A stretch of DNA of 64,000 bases from Longimicrobiales bacterium (GCA_965203485.1 OZ241892.1:768001-832000), one strand, 5' to 3'; counted from the first letter of the stretch, positions 1 through 10,513 are shown. The notes: a model not told the origin generated them from the sequence alone. Program-made: numbers and translations.

Positions 1-1356
1 GCCGGTGGCCAGCCAGCCGTCGTCGATGCGTGCCACGGTCAAGTCCGGAAGGTTGCGGTACTCCGCGGCGACGCCCGGGTTGCGCACCCAGAGTTCGCCG
101 TCGCTGGGGTGCTCCGTCCCGTCGCGAACCAGCTTCACTTCCCCTTCGGGCCACGCGGCGCCGCAGCTGCCCACGGGAACCGGAGTTCCGTCCGGCGGCG
201 GCCCCAGCATGACCGGTCCTCCTTCCGTGAGGCCGTAGCTCTCCCCTGCGTCGACGCCGAATGCGCGGGAGACGGCGTGCACGAGTTCCGGTTGAACCGG
301 CGCCGATCCCAAGGTCGCGGTGCGGAGCGCGGAGAAGTCGAGGCGTCCGATCAAGTCCTCATGGCGCAACAGCATGGCGAAGACCGCCGGGACCGCGCTG
401 ACTCTCGTGCAACGGTGCTCGCTCAAGGCGCGCAGGAAGGGCTCGGGCGCGAAGCCGGGGAGGATCACGACTGAACCGCCCGCCTGCAGCAGCGGCTTCA
501 CCGCGCCCGCCATCGCGTTCTTGTGATAGAGAGGGACGGCGACCAGCGCGCGCTCGGACGGGTCCGCCGGCCAGTGCCTCTCCAGGCAGCGGACCCACCA
601 GACTTGTCCCTCGTGCGGGAGGACGACGCCCTTGGGCTTGCCGGTGGAGCCCGACGTGTACGGCAGGAAGGCGACGGCCCGCGGCGGCAGGCAAGGCGGC
701 TCGAACTGAGCCGGCGCACACGAGAGCTCGCTTTCGTAGTCCCGCCAGCTCCCCGCGCCCGCCCGGTTGCGCGGGCGACCGGCGGCGGCGTCCTGGCCGG
801 TTCGCGCGCAAGCGCCGACGCGCCAGCGAATCCCTATGCCCGCGTCTTCCACGACTTGCGCGGCCCTCGGGGCGGCGTTCGGCTCCACGAACGCGGCCCG
901 GCACCCCGAATCCGACACGACGTGCCGCAGCGACTGGGCGCTCAGCTTGTAGTTCAAGGGCACGGGCACGGCGCCCCGGCGCATGGTGCCGAACATGATC
1001 TCGACGAACTCGAAGCGGTTGCCCACGCCCAGCGCCACACGCTCTCCGGCCTCCACGCCTGCGGATTCGAGGAGCGCCGCCACGCGGTCCATCCGTTCGC
1101 CGAGCTCGCGGTAGGCGATCCGGCGCGGCATTGGGCGCGAAAGGTCGATCAGCGCGACGTGGTCTGGAAATCGCTCGCACGCGCGCCAGCACCAGTAGCC
1201 CAGGTTGTCGTCTCGGCGGGGGTCCGGGTCTCGTGCCCAGTCCGGGCCGCCGCGCAACCCGGCTTGTTCCAACGCTCCGTCGCCGCGCGGTTCGGGCCGT
1301 CCAGCCGGTTCGGGCGCTCGGTCCCCGTCCGTTGCGGGCCCAGCGTCCGGAGTCAA
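1..1356 (-). CDS. Class I adenylate-forming enzyme (acyl-CoA ligase), 3' end runs off the window
   Basis: Not in the ORF track because it has no stop in the window. Manual translation gives YTSGSTGKPKG, SYGLTEGG and GELWVRNPGV...GWLATG. A TTG start at 1356 overlaps the upstream TGA (TTGA) and is in frame. Confidence 0.9.
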   Translation of the reverse strand, partial: MTPDAGPATDGDRAPEPAGRPEPRGDGALEQAGLRGGPDWARDPDPRRDDNLGYWCWRACERFPDHVALIDLSRPMPRRIAYRELGERMDRVAALLESAGVEAGERVALGVGNRFEFVEIMFGTMRRGAVPVPLNYKLSAQSLRHVVSDSGCRAAFVEPNAAPRAAQVVEDAGIGIRWRVGACARTGQDAAAGRPRNRAGAGSWRDYESELSCAPAQFEPPCLPPRAVAFLPYTSGSTGKPKGVVLPHEGQVWWVRCLERHWPADPSERALVAVPLYHKNAMAGAVKPLLQAGGSVVILPGFAPEPFLRALSEHRCTRVSAVPAVFAMLLRHEDLIGRLDFSALRTATLGSAPVQPELVHAVSRAFGVDAGESYGLTEGGPVMLGPPPDGTPVPVGSCGAAWPEGEVKLVRDGTEHPSDGELWVRNPGVAAEYRNLPDLTVARIDDGWLATG

Positions 1357-1544
1357 GCCTGGTCCTCGTCCTCGGGCTTTCCCTTGTCGGGAACCGCCAG
1401 CGCCAGCACGCACGCGAGCGTGACCGCGCCGCCTCCTATCGCCCAGGCCCAGCCGTTGCCCGTGCGTATGATCGAAGAGATGCCCCAAAGAGCCGCCAAG
1501 TTGGCCACGAGGTTGAGGCCCAGGCCCCAGACGCGCAACCTCAA
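1353..1544 (-). CDS. Small two-helix membrane protein
   Basis: 63 aa with two hydrophobic segments, packed between the transporter and ligase genes of the operon. Confidence 0.6.
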   Translation of the reverse strand: MRLRVWGLGLNLVANLAALWGISSIIRTGNGWAWAIGGGAVTLACVLALAVPDKGKPEDEDQA

Positions 1545-1575
1545 CGCCCAGCCCTCCGGCCGCAGTCCGGCAGGC

Positions 1576-2916
1576 TCACGACGACCACCACCCCAGCCGG
1601 TTGAACACCCAGGTGATGGCCACGGCGTTCAGCAGCGTGACTTGCAGCAGAATGCCCAAGTTCCACACGTAGGAGCCGGTTCGGTCGCGGCCCAGAACCT
1701 TGCGGTCGTTGAGCAGCAGGTACATGGACCAGCCTACGACCGTGTTGGCCATGGACATGCCCGCCGCCACGGCAACCACGAACCACACCGGGTTCACGTT
1801 GAAGGCGCCGACGAGCGCCAGTTGCGGCAGCAGGATGCAAGCCCGCCATCGCCAGGACGATGTGTCCGGTTCCCACCCGAACGCCTCGTGCAAGGCCATT
1901 GCCCCGGCCACGCTCATCACCACCGTGGACGTGACGGGAACCGCCAGGAATCCCAAGTAGAACAGGACCTCGGACCAAGTCGGGCCGAGCAGGGGCACAA
2001 GCGCCGCGGCCAGCTCCTTCGCCGTCCCGGGCACGTCGCCGCCGAAGTCCGTCGCGGCGAACACGGACACGACCAGGAAGTTCACCACGACAAAGGGCAC
2101 GAACAATCCCGCCACCAAGTCGAAGCGCGCGAGGGATTCGTGCTTTCTGCCCCACCCGCGCACAAGTCCGGCGTAGTTGAACAGCACCCAGTCCATGACG
2201 ACCACGGCGGCGGCCGTCGTGGCGATGAACAAGTCCAGTCCTTCGCCGCCGCCGGGCAACCAGGGCACGAAGAACCCGCGCCCCGCCGCGCTCCAGTCCA
2301 CGCCCACGATCAGGAGAACGGCGCCGAAGGCGAGCACCATGATCCCGACGGCCGCCTTCATCGCGCCCTCGACGAACCGCGTGCCCTTGCCCCCCTTGCG
2401 GCCGTAGCTCAGCGCCAGCCAGCTGGTGGCCAAGCCGTAGACGATCCAGTTCCACTTGGCCGGAAACGACACGCCCGCGAACGGCGCCAAGGACTCGATC
2501 AGGTGGGTGCCCAGGGCAACTTGGCCCAGGTTGAAGACGACCGCCACGGCCACGGTGCCTACCAGTCCGGTGGCCAGCGATCCCACGAGCCAGCCGTGCC
2601 GGCGGTTCTGCACTTGAATCAGGCGAAAGCCGCCCCTGCAAGTGAAGCGCGCGCTCGCGGCCATGAGGAACAAGCCCAGCCCGGCCGACAGCCAGACCAG
2701 CCAAAGCGTCCGGTATCCGTACTTGGCGCCCGCGATCATCGCCGTCGTCATGGTGCCGGCGCCCAGGGTCAGGGCAGCGGTCATGACGCCGGGGCCGGCC
2801 AGCCGCGCGTATCCGCCTATCCGGCTATGGACGGGCGCGGACGCCAGCGACTCCAGGCGGGTTGCTTCGGCGTCCAGGTCCCGGCGCGGAATGCGCCGGG
2901 CGATGGGATAGGTCAG
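1576..2916 (-). CDS. NRAMP/MntH-superfamily transporter, non-canonical (no DPGN motif)
   Basis: LAGPGVMTAALTLGAG...GAKYGYRTLWL N-terminal pattern and about 11 TM segments. The ORF track starts at 2784, but family-like sequence continues in frame to a CTG at 2916, so the start is uncertain. Confidence 0.8.
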   Translation of the reverse strand: MTYPIARRIPRRDLDAEATRLESLASAPVHSRIGGYARLAGPGVMTAALTLGAGTMTTAMIAGAKYGYRTLWLVWLSAGLGLFLMAASARFTCRGGFRLIQVQNRRHGWLVGSLATGLVGTVAVAVVFNLGQVALGTHLIESLAPFAGVSFPAKWNWIVYGLATSWLALSYGRKGGKGTRFVEGAMKAAVGIMVLAFGAVLLIVGVDWSAAGRGFFVPWLPGGGEGLDLFIATTAAAVVVMDWVLFNYAGLVRGWGRKHESLARFDLVAGLFVPFVVVNFLVVSVFAATDFGGDVPGTAKELAAALVPLLGPTWSEVLFYLGFLAVPVTSTVVMSVAGAMALHEAFGWEPDTSSWRWRACILLPQLALVGAFNVNPVWFVVAVAAGMSMANTVVGWSMYLLLNDRKVLGRDRTGSYVWNLGILLQVTLLNAVAITWVFNRLGWWSS

Positions 2917-3944
2917 ACGGTCAGGATCGATTTTCCGAACACCTTTCGTTCCTCGAGTTCGGCCATCGCTTCGCCTATCCGTTCAAGCGGACGCACGGCG
3001 TGGACCGCGGGATCCAGTTCGCCGCCGGCCACCATGTCGAGCAGCCGCGCCAGCCCCGGGCGACTCCAGCCGTCGGAGCCGAGAATGGTTTGTTCGAAGC
3101 TCCATATGTAGCGGATGTCGGTGGGCGGATCGTACCCTGCGGTGGCCCCGCACGTCACCATGCGGCCTTGGAACCGCAAGACCTTCAAGCTGGCCGCCCA
3201 GGTGTCGCCCCCGATGTAGTTGATCACCACGTCCACGCCGTCGGTGCCACGGTCCAGATAGCGGGGACGGCCCGCGATCTCCCGCACCGCCTCGACCCAG
3301 TCGCCGGTACGCGACGGCAACACGTGGTCGGCGCCCATCGCCGCGAGCTTGTCGCGCTTCCACTGGCCGCGTCCCGTGGCCAAGACCTTGGCGCCCGCGC
3401 GCTTGCACAACTGCACGCAACATGCGCCGACGCCCCCCGTGGCCCCCAGCACGAGCACGGTTTCGCCTTCCCGCACCTTGGCGCGTTCCTCGACGACCCG
3501 TTGGGCGGTGCCATACGCCACCGGGACGGCCGCCGCCGCCTCGAAGGAGACCTCCGCCGGTGCCGGAACCAAGTTCTCCAGGGGGACCGCAACGTACTCG
3601 GCCGCCACGCCCGGCGCCTTTTCGCCCATCATGCCCCGGCCCGCCACGACGGGGTCGAGGACGGCTCTGTCGCCCACCCGCCACGCACCCTGGTCCGTGC
3701 CGGCGCCGAAAGCCGCCACCTCGCCCGCCGCGTCGCCGCACGGGATCATCGGAAACGGCACCCGGATGCGCGTGGTCCCGTGCAGCATCATGGGGTCGAA
3801 GCCGTTCAGCGCCACGGCCCGGACGCGCAGCAGCGCTTCGCCCGCCGCCGGTTCGGGGCGCGGCACGCTGCCCACGTACAGCTCGTCAACGCCGCCGTGG
3901 CGGTCGTAGAGAGCGGCGCGCATCTGCGGCGGCGGTTCGGCCAT
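2913..3944 (-). CDS. MDR-family (zinc-binding dehydrogenase / quinone oxidoreductase-like) NAD(P)H oxidoreductase
   Basis: MRAALY...P.P..GEALLRV, LVLGATGGVG Rossmann motif, C-terminal FGKSIL; the usual Zn ligands (GHE, Cys4) are absent. Confidence 0.9.
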   Translation of the reverse strand: MAEPPPQMRAALYDRHGGVDELYVGSVPRPEPAAGEALLRVRAVALNGFDPMMLHGTTRIRVPFPMIPCGDAAGEVAAFGAGTDQGAWRVGDRAVLDPVVAGRGMMGEKAPGVAAEYVAVPLENLVPAPAEVSFEAAAAVPVAYGTAQRVVEERAKVREGETVLVLGATGGVGACCVQLCKRAGAKVLATGRGQWKRDKLAAMGADHVLPSRTGDWVEAVREIAGRPRYLDRGTDGVDVVINYIGGDTWAASLKVLRFQGRMVTCGATAGYDPPTDIRYIWSFEQTILGSDGWSRPGLARLLDMVAGGELDPAVHAVRPLERIGEAMAELEERKVFGKSILTV

Positions 3945-3947
3945 GGA

Positions 3948-4385
3948 TCAGCCCGGCTTCGACGAGTAGGCGCCCCGGCCCAAGGCGCACAGCCGTCCTT
4001 GGTGGTCGCGGATCTCCACGTCGGCCACCGAGATCGTCCGCCCGTAGCGGCGCAAGCGTCCCACGGCCCGCACGTACGGACCCGTGGCCGGGCGCAAGTA
4101 GTCCACGTGCAAGGAAATGGTGGGCACGCCCCCGCCCGCCCGGACGGCCACCGCCATGTCGCCGGCGACGTCCGCGAGCGACGCCAGCGGTCCCCCGTGG
4201 AAGACCGTCTCGTCGCCCCGCGTCAGCTCCGGCCGCAGAGGCATCTTGAGCGTCACGGCGGCGTCGCCCGCGGGCTCGGCGATCTCTTCCAAGACCAAGC
4301 CGAGCGCGGCCGTGGCCCGAGAATCGGCCAGGACCGACTCGATCATGGCGTGTAGGGAGCGGGGGGCGCTGGGCATGGGTCTCAT
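3948..4385 (-). CDS. PaaI-family hotdog thioesterase
   Basis: FHGGPLASLADVAG and TISLHVDYLRPA motifs; GGAGG upstream of ATG 4385. Confidence 0.9.
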   Translation of the reverse strand: MRPMPSAPRSLHAMIESVLADSRATAALGLVLEEIAEPAGDAAVTLKMPLRPELTRGDETVFHGGPLASLADVAGDMAVAVRAGGGVPTISLHVDYLRPATGPYVRAVGRLRRYGRTISVADVEIRDHQGRLCALGRGAYSSKPG

Positions 4386-6606
4386 ACTACGGCCTCCGGC
4401 GGTGTCGGCGGAAGGCGGGGGCGGGGGGTCGCCCACGACGCCGAGCAACGCGAGGCGATCTTGTCGGGCCTTGCAGCGGCCAAGACTCGCAAGTCAGTCG
4501 TCGAGTCTTTCCGCACGCAGGGTTGTCCGGGCCCCGGAAGTCCTGGCATCCCCAGAAGGGCTCGTCCGTGGCGCGGTTGCGTCGGATCGTCATCGGCTTC
4601 GGAATCCTGCATTCGCAGAGCGGCACCTCCTTCTTGCATGCGTGGTTCGTGCATTGTCCTCTCCTTCTGTTCAATCTACGAACGATGCCCTTCTGGCAAT
4701 GGGGACAACGCCGCTCCGTGTGGCCACAGGGCTTGGCGCCTGCGATGTCCGCGTCCGTGAGCCGGAAGCTCGTGCACCCGACGAAGACGCGTCCGTCCTG
4801 TTTCGCCGCCCGGCCCACTAGCCGCCCGCGTTGTCCCGCCGCGGCACACTTCGGGCACGGCGTGTCGCCCTGGCATGGCTCGAGCCAGTCCGCGAGTTCG
4901 GCTTCGCCGATGCCGTACTCCCGATTCTCGTCCCGCCACAGCTCGTCGAACAGAGCCGTATCCGCCGCATCGGCTGGCGGCTCCACGACGTAGGTCGTTG
5001 CTCTTGCTCGTGTCAGCGCGACGTACCAGACTCTGCGTTCCTCTTCGGGTCCGTTCGCGCCTGTCGGCAGGAGTGGGCGCAGTGCACGTTCGAGCGCGTT
5101 CTCGCGCGACTCTTCCTTGACCTTACGGTCGGATCCCTGCACGAAGACGACGTGGTCCGCTTGCGACCCCTTGGCGCCGTGCACCGTCAAGGTTTCTAGG
5201 TCGAGCGCCACGTCGGCCCGGTCGGCTTCCGCTCGGAGCGCTCGGTGGTCGAGACCCTCCGCCACGTTCTGCAGGGCGCGTTCCCGTGCGGCGTCGCGCA
5301 CCTCTTCTTCGTCGTGCTCGCTCACCCAGTGCGGGATCTGCCACGGCTTCTCCCTCCACTCTTCAAGCACGCTTCGCCATTCCTCGCTCGCAGGTCGGTC
5401 CCTGTCGGCGACGGTGTTCCGCCGTCTCGCCAGGAGCAGCACTCTTGTGTCCTGCCCGCAGCTGTGCCTCTTCTCCCCGATCTTCCGCAATATCGCCCGA
5501 ACGGCCGTCTCCGCCGACTCTTCTCCCGCCGACACGCCAAGGCGTCTTGCGCCCTCGGCGGTGATCGTCCGTCCGACGATTTCGGTCGCTACGCCGAAAT
5601 CATCCTTGTCCTCGTCTCCTTCGATCTTCTTGTCGACCGCGTCGGGGTCGCCAAGCGCCCAGTGGCGCGTGGCGTCCGCACGCGCTTTTCCGAATCGCCA
5701 AGTCCGCGTGAGATCCGTCCGTTCGCATGCATCTCCTTTCTTCGAAAAGTCCCGCGTATATCCTGGATCGCCTCCCTGGAACCCGTAGATCGACTGCCAG
5801 TCGTCTCCCACCACGCAGAGCGATGGACGGCTTCCACAGCTTCCTCCATGCTTGCTCAATGCCCGGACGAACCGCTCCTGCGCACCGTTTACATCCTGCC
5901 ATTCGTCCACGATCACCATGTCGAACTCCGGACGAATCTCTCCGGATTCCAGAACTCTTGTCGCGTCGAGCACCATCTTCTCGAAATCGGTCGTTCCCGC
6001 GCCTTCCAGATGCGCATCGTAGCGCGTTCCAACCGCTCGGGCCAACACGGCAAGAGCCCGTGCCTCGTCTCTCGCGTTCATTCCATCCATCTCTTTAATC
6101 CGTCTTCTGATGTCGGCCTCTTCAAGACCGCAACGTCCTGCGGCGAACATCCATTCGCTCACTTCCTGGACGACGGTCTGAATCGTTTGCGCGTCCGGCG
6201 TCCAGCCGTCGTCCTTGCACGGAAACAGTCGCTTGAGCTCTCCGGGATCCCAACCTGCCGCGCTTGCGACGGCCTTCATCACCGTGCAGTCCCAGTCCCT
6301 GTCACCATTGAGTACTTCTTTGTACTGGCCCCATCTCGTCTCGGCGAGACGCGTGTTCAGCGTCTTGTGGGCCTGTCGCTTGCGCGACATGTCTTCGATG
6401 TATTTTTGGGGGTCATCCCACTCTTGGGGCGGATTTCCTTTTTCGTCGATGCCCCAGTGCTCCAGCCAGACAATGACATCTTCGCCCAGAGTGATCTTGA
6501 AGTCCGGCCGATATCCCTTTTTCCAGCACTTGTCCTTCATCTTGGCCACTTCAGGCCGTTGCGTGCGCTCCTCTTCCGACGCGGGTGCCTCCACGTAGGC
6601 TGCTTC

Positions 6607-7463
6607 GAACCTATCTCAAAAAGCCGAGATGGTTGAAGAAGATGCAGATGGCGGACAGTTGGACGAACGCCAGGAAGTTCTCGGGATGATATTCCCAACG
6701 GACCAACAGCCGGCGCTTCCACTGCATCCACCCGAAGAACCGCTCGACAATCCATCGTCGCTTCGCCCGCCGAAGCCGACGACCGTCCTGCGTCCGCGGC
6801 CGCGTTCGATTGCGCCGGTGCGGCGCGATCATCTCGATGCCTCGCGCACGCAAGGCCGCGTCCAGCGGGTCGCTGTCGTACGCCTTGTCGCCGATCAAGT
6901 TTGCCGGCGTGTCGTCCGTGAACGCCAAGTCCAGCGACAACTGGACGAGCGTCGCCTCGTGAGGATTCGCAGGATGCGTGCTCAACGACAGCGGAAGACC
7001 GCAACGGTCCACGACCGCCATGATCTTCACGCCCTTGCTCGCCTTGGTGTTTCCCACGCCCGCCCCGCCTCCCTTCGCCCGCGCGAACGACGCGTCCACG
7101 TATGCCTCCGTGCCGTCGAAGAGACCCCGTTGCCTCGCTTCCCCCGCCAAGTCCCTCAGCACCCGTTCGAGCACGCCTGTCCGGACCCAAGTCTGGAACC
7201 TCCGGTGCACGGTCTTGTAGTTCGGATAGTGTTGCGGCAGAAAGCTCCACTGGGCGCCCGTGTGCAGAATCCACAGCGCTGCCTCGAACACGCGCCGGGC
7301 GGGCACCGGCGGCCGCCCCAGCCGCTTCCCCTTTTGCGCTTCCTCGGGAAAGTGGTGGCGAATCCGCTCCCACTGCTCGTCGCTCAGCTTCACCGTCGTC
7401 ATGCCTCGAAGATAAACAACTCCCCGGCCCATCGCAACCCATCATGCTTTTTGAGATAGGCTC
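6607..7463 (-). mobile_element. IS5-family insertion sequence, 857 bp
   Basis: Terminal inverted repeats GA(A/G)CCTATCTCAAAAAGC at both ends; target duplication TC (or TCG) at 6605 and 7464. Confidence 0.92.
6611..7402 (-). CDS. IS5-family DDE transposase (single ORF)
   Basis: LSDEQWERI, TG.QW..LP..Y...TV.RRF..W, VDAS, IGDKAYDS, RWIVERFFGW...RRL..RWE; the stop codon lies inside the TIR. Confidence 0.95.
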   Translation of the reverse strand: MTTVKLSDEQWERIRHHFPEEAQKGKRLGRPPVPARRVFEAALWILHTGAQWSFLPQHYPNYKTVHRRFQTWVRTGVLERVLRDLAGEARQRGLFDGTEAYVDASFARAKGGGAGVGNTKASKGVKIMAVVDRCGLPLSLSTHPANPHEATLVQLSLDLAFTDDTPANLIGDKAYDSDPLDAALRARGIEMIAPHRRNRTRPRTQDGRRLRRAKRRWIVERFFGWMQWKRRLLVRWEYHPENFLAFVQLSAICIFFNHLGFLR

Positions 7464-8440
7464 TCGTACTCGAAGCGGATCCCTCGGTTGTCCAGCACGC
7501 GGCAGATCGCAGCTTCGCCGTGCGAGCGCACGTCGATGCTCCCGGTCCTTAGACTCACCCTGACCGTCTCGCCGTGCTCTCCGTCGTTCGGTGGAAACCG
7601 CACATGTGATTGCGCTCGCACCGCCAGTGCCTCGTGTAGCCCAGGGTTTGCCTTAAACACGTCGTCTAGCATGCGCTTGAGGGCCGGGTAGCGCCGACTG
7701 CCGCGAGCAATCGGGTCGATCCGGGGTCCGTGCCCGGTTGCCTTAGTCAACAGCCGTCTCCCCAAGCTATGGATCGTGCCGACGAACATTTCATCCACCG
7801 ACTGTTCCGCCAGCCTCTCGATTCGATCGCTGATCTCCTTGGCCGCCTTCTTGGTGAACGTCACCACCGCGATGCGCTTTGGTTCCGTGCGGCCGCGACG
7901 AAGGACGTCCGCGACCTTTGCCGCCATCGTCTCGGTCTTGCCAGTCCCGGCCCCGGCGAGGACGAGCTGAGTGTCTTCTCCGACGACGACGGCCCTTTGT
8001 TGAGCCGGATGCAACCTCTTCAACACGGGGTCCGCTTTCGCGCTCTGAAGTCGTCGTTTGGCATACCGTTCGTTCGCCATGCGCCTATTTTCTTCTGTCG
8101 CGTACTTCTTCAGCTTCTTTACGCTTGCGCCTAGCGGACGCAACTCCGGATGCAGCCACCGGCATGCTATCGCATTCCGTTCATTGACCGTCTTCGCCTT
8201 TCGTTCGAGTTCGTTGATGCGCTTTTCGAAGACGCTTCGTCGTATCCACTGTCGTGGTCCACTTCGGCTTTTCAACGCGCCTATCTCTCTGTTGATCGCC
8301 TGCACTAGAGATGCAACATCATTCGTCGTTTGTTGGCTCTTGCACATCGTTTCATCTCGCGCTCATCGCGGGGCAGGCGTTCTCGGCAGGAAAGCGCCCC
8401 GGCGTATGCTTAGCATGCAATCCGATGGATCGTCAGTTGG

Positions 8441-9033
8441 TCATCCGCACGACCCCACCAGCAGGTTGACGATGAGGCGGATCATCAAGTCCTTGCTGGC
8501 CGGTGCGCTCTCAGCGACCAGCAGGGTCAACGCCGTCAGGGCATGAGGCGTGATCTGGTGGACGACTCCTTCTTGCTCCAAGTAGAGCAAGAACAGCAGA
8601 GACGCGATGCGCTTGTTGCCGTCGCTGAAGGGGTGATCCTTTACCACGAAGTAGAGAATGTGCGCCGCCTTCTCTTCTCGCGATTTGTACAGCGATTCGC
8701 CGAACATCGTCTGTTCGATGTTTCCCAGGATGCCTGTCAGTGCATCGTCGGGCGCCCGGCCGAAGAGCGACGACGCCTCTCGGTTGGAGATGAGACGGCG
8801 CTTGAATTCACGGATAGCCCGATTGGCCACCTCGGCGTCAAGTATGCCCCGCGACGGTTGCACTTCTCCGGGAATCTGCAATCGCTCTTGATCGTACGCG
8901 GCAAGCAGGCGCCACGTCTCCGCATATGCGGCGAGCAAGCTGGAGGCGACCGGCTCGCCTCGGCTCTGATTCTGGGCCGCAACGGGGATGGTTTTGGTGC
9001 TCGACATCGTGGACGCATTCATGGTGGCGCTCA
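8441..9033 (-). CDS. Fic/Doc-family protein (C-terminal part of the RhuM-Fic/Doc type); start uncertain
   Basis: LY.S.EEKAAHILYFVVKDHPFSDGNKRIA motif. Confidence 0.85.
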
Positions 9034-9274
9034 TGCCGAAAGAAGGAGCGAGATCCGATAAGGAAGTGGACCCAGCGAAAATGAACGGTTGTCCGGTGGA
9101 CGTCAAGGCTGGTTGGGTGAAATGGACGGGTGCGTTCACGCCCGTCCGCGCATGCACGACGAGGCGTTCGCCGGTGGTCGGCACACCTAAGGCGGTGCGC
9201 ACCTGCGGGGAAGACGCGCGTTGCAGTACCACTCGTCCCGCACGGGCGACGAGGTACGGCCCCCGCAACTCCTC

Positions 9275-10513
9275 TCACGGCTCCAACGCCCGCACCGGGA
9301 TCACGCCGACCCGTCCGTTCGGCACTGCGCCGTATCCGTTGGGGACGACGACGGCCAGAGCCGCGGTTCGCGTAGGTGCTGCTGGCCCTCATTCGGCTTG
9401 CGATCCTTTCGAGGTTGGCCATGCCCTCCTTGATCCGGTGCTCGCCCAGCTTGACTTCGAACGCCGCCCACCGGCCGTTCGCGTCTTCCACGATGGCGTC
9501 CACCGCCGGCCGTCCTTCTCCCGATAGTGGAACACGTGGGCGTCGGCGGCTTGGGCGTAGACCCGGAGGTCCCGAGACACCAAGGATTCGGACAGCAGGC
9601 CGCACGCTTCAGGGTCGCCGAGCAAGCGGGAAGGGGGGGCACGCAGTGCGGCGGCGGCCAGGGACGGGTCGGCAAGAGTGCCTGACGGGCGTGGTGCGCA
9701 GGGTCGTGCGGGAACGCAGATGCGGCAACCACGCCGGTTGGTCCTCCGCGATCATGAGCCGCTCCAGCGTCTCCAGGTATTCGGCGGCGGTGCCGGCCTT
9801 GAAGGGCGGCTCCTGCTCCGCGAACGTCTCTGGCGAGCGTCGCGACGATGGCGGGCGTGGCGACGTGGCGGGCCAACGACTGAAGCAGTCTTCCGACCTA
9901 CGGGGTCCCGCCCGCTTGCCGCTTGCTTGCCGAACGTCGGCGCGTTGAATCTCCGACAAGTAGTCCCGGTTGCCTCTCGCAGCTTGCGCAAGGTTGCGGC
10001 CCAGGTTCCCGGGCCACCCCCGGCGCACGCGAGTTCCGCGAGCGGCCGAAGCGCGAGGTTGGACTGCGCCGACCGCTGGGGTTCTCCGGCCAGCAGGCCC
10101 GCCAGTGACATCGCTACCGTGGACTCGCCCGTCTTGAAGAGCGACATCGGCCGCATCCGCAGTCGAGTGAGTCGGCCTGCGCCGGTGTGGCGGACGACGT
10201 CGTCGGCCGCCACGGCCGAACCGGTGAGGACGAACTGGCCCGGGATGCCCGGCCGGTCCCCGGCCTTGCGGATGTGGTTCCAAATGGCCGTGGTCTGCCA
10301 CTCGTCGACGAGACGCGGCGTGTCGCCTTCGAGCACGGCCGCCGGATCGATGTAGACCATCTCCCGCGCGGATGCGTCCACGTCCAGAAACACCGCGCTT
10401 GCCGCGACCGTTTCGGCGGTTGCCGGAGGCCTTGGGGCTTCGATGACGACCGCGCCAGCGGCCGAGAGCCTCTCGGCCAGCTCCGCGTCGACAACCCGGG
10501 AAACATGCTTCAT
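9275..10513 (-). pseudogene. AAA+ ATPase (AAA_14 + DUF4143) pseudogene, paralogue of 19961-21217
   Basis: Colinear with the intact copy, but Walker A is destroyed (EAPRPPAT versus EGPKACGKT) and at least six frameshifts spread the protein over several ORFs. Confidence 0.92.

Larger units (their letters stand above)
4387..8347 (-). pseudogene. HelD/UvrD-family SF1 helicase with inserted PD-(D/E)xK-like domain and C-terminal topoisomerase-type Zn ribbons, interrupted by an IS
   Basis: The N-part (7466-8347) has the Q motif, Walker A LAGAGTGKT, TFT and GTIHS. The C-part (4387-6606) has VDEWQD, VGDDWQSIYGF, TVHGAKG, EERRVWYVALTRA and Cys-rich ribbons. Removing the IS restores one frame (FEYE-AAYVE) of 1033 codons. 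Confidence 0.9.

Noticed and set aside
9122..9258. Two hairpins downstream of the ATPase pseudogene
   Set aside because: No U-tract and no second copy seen; possibly terminator-like but unsupported.
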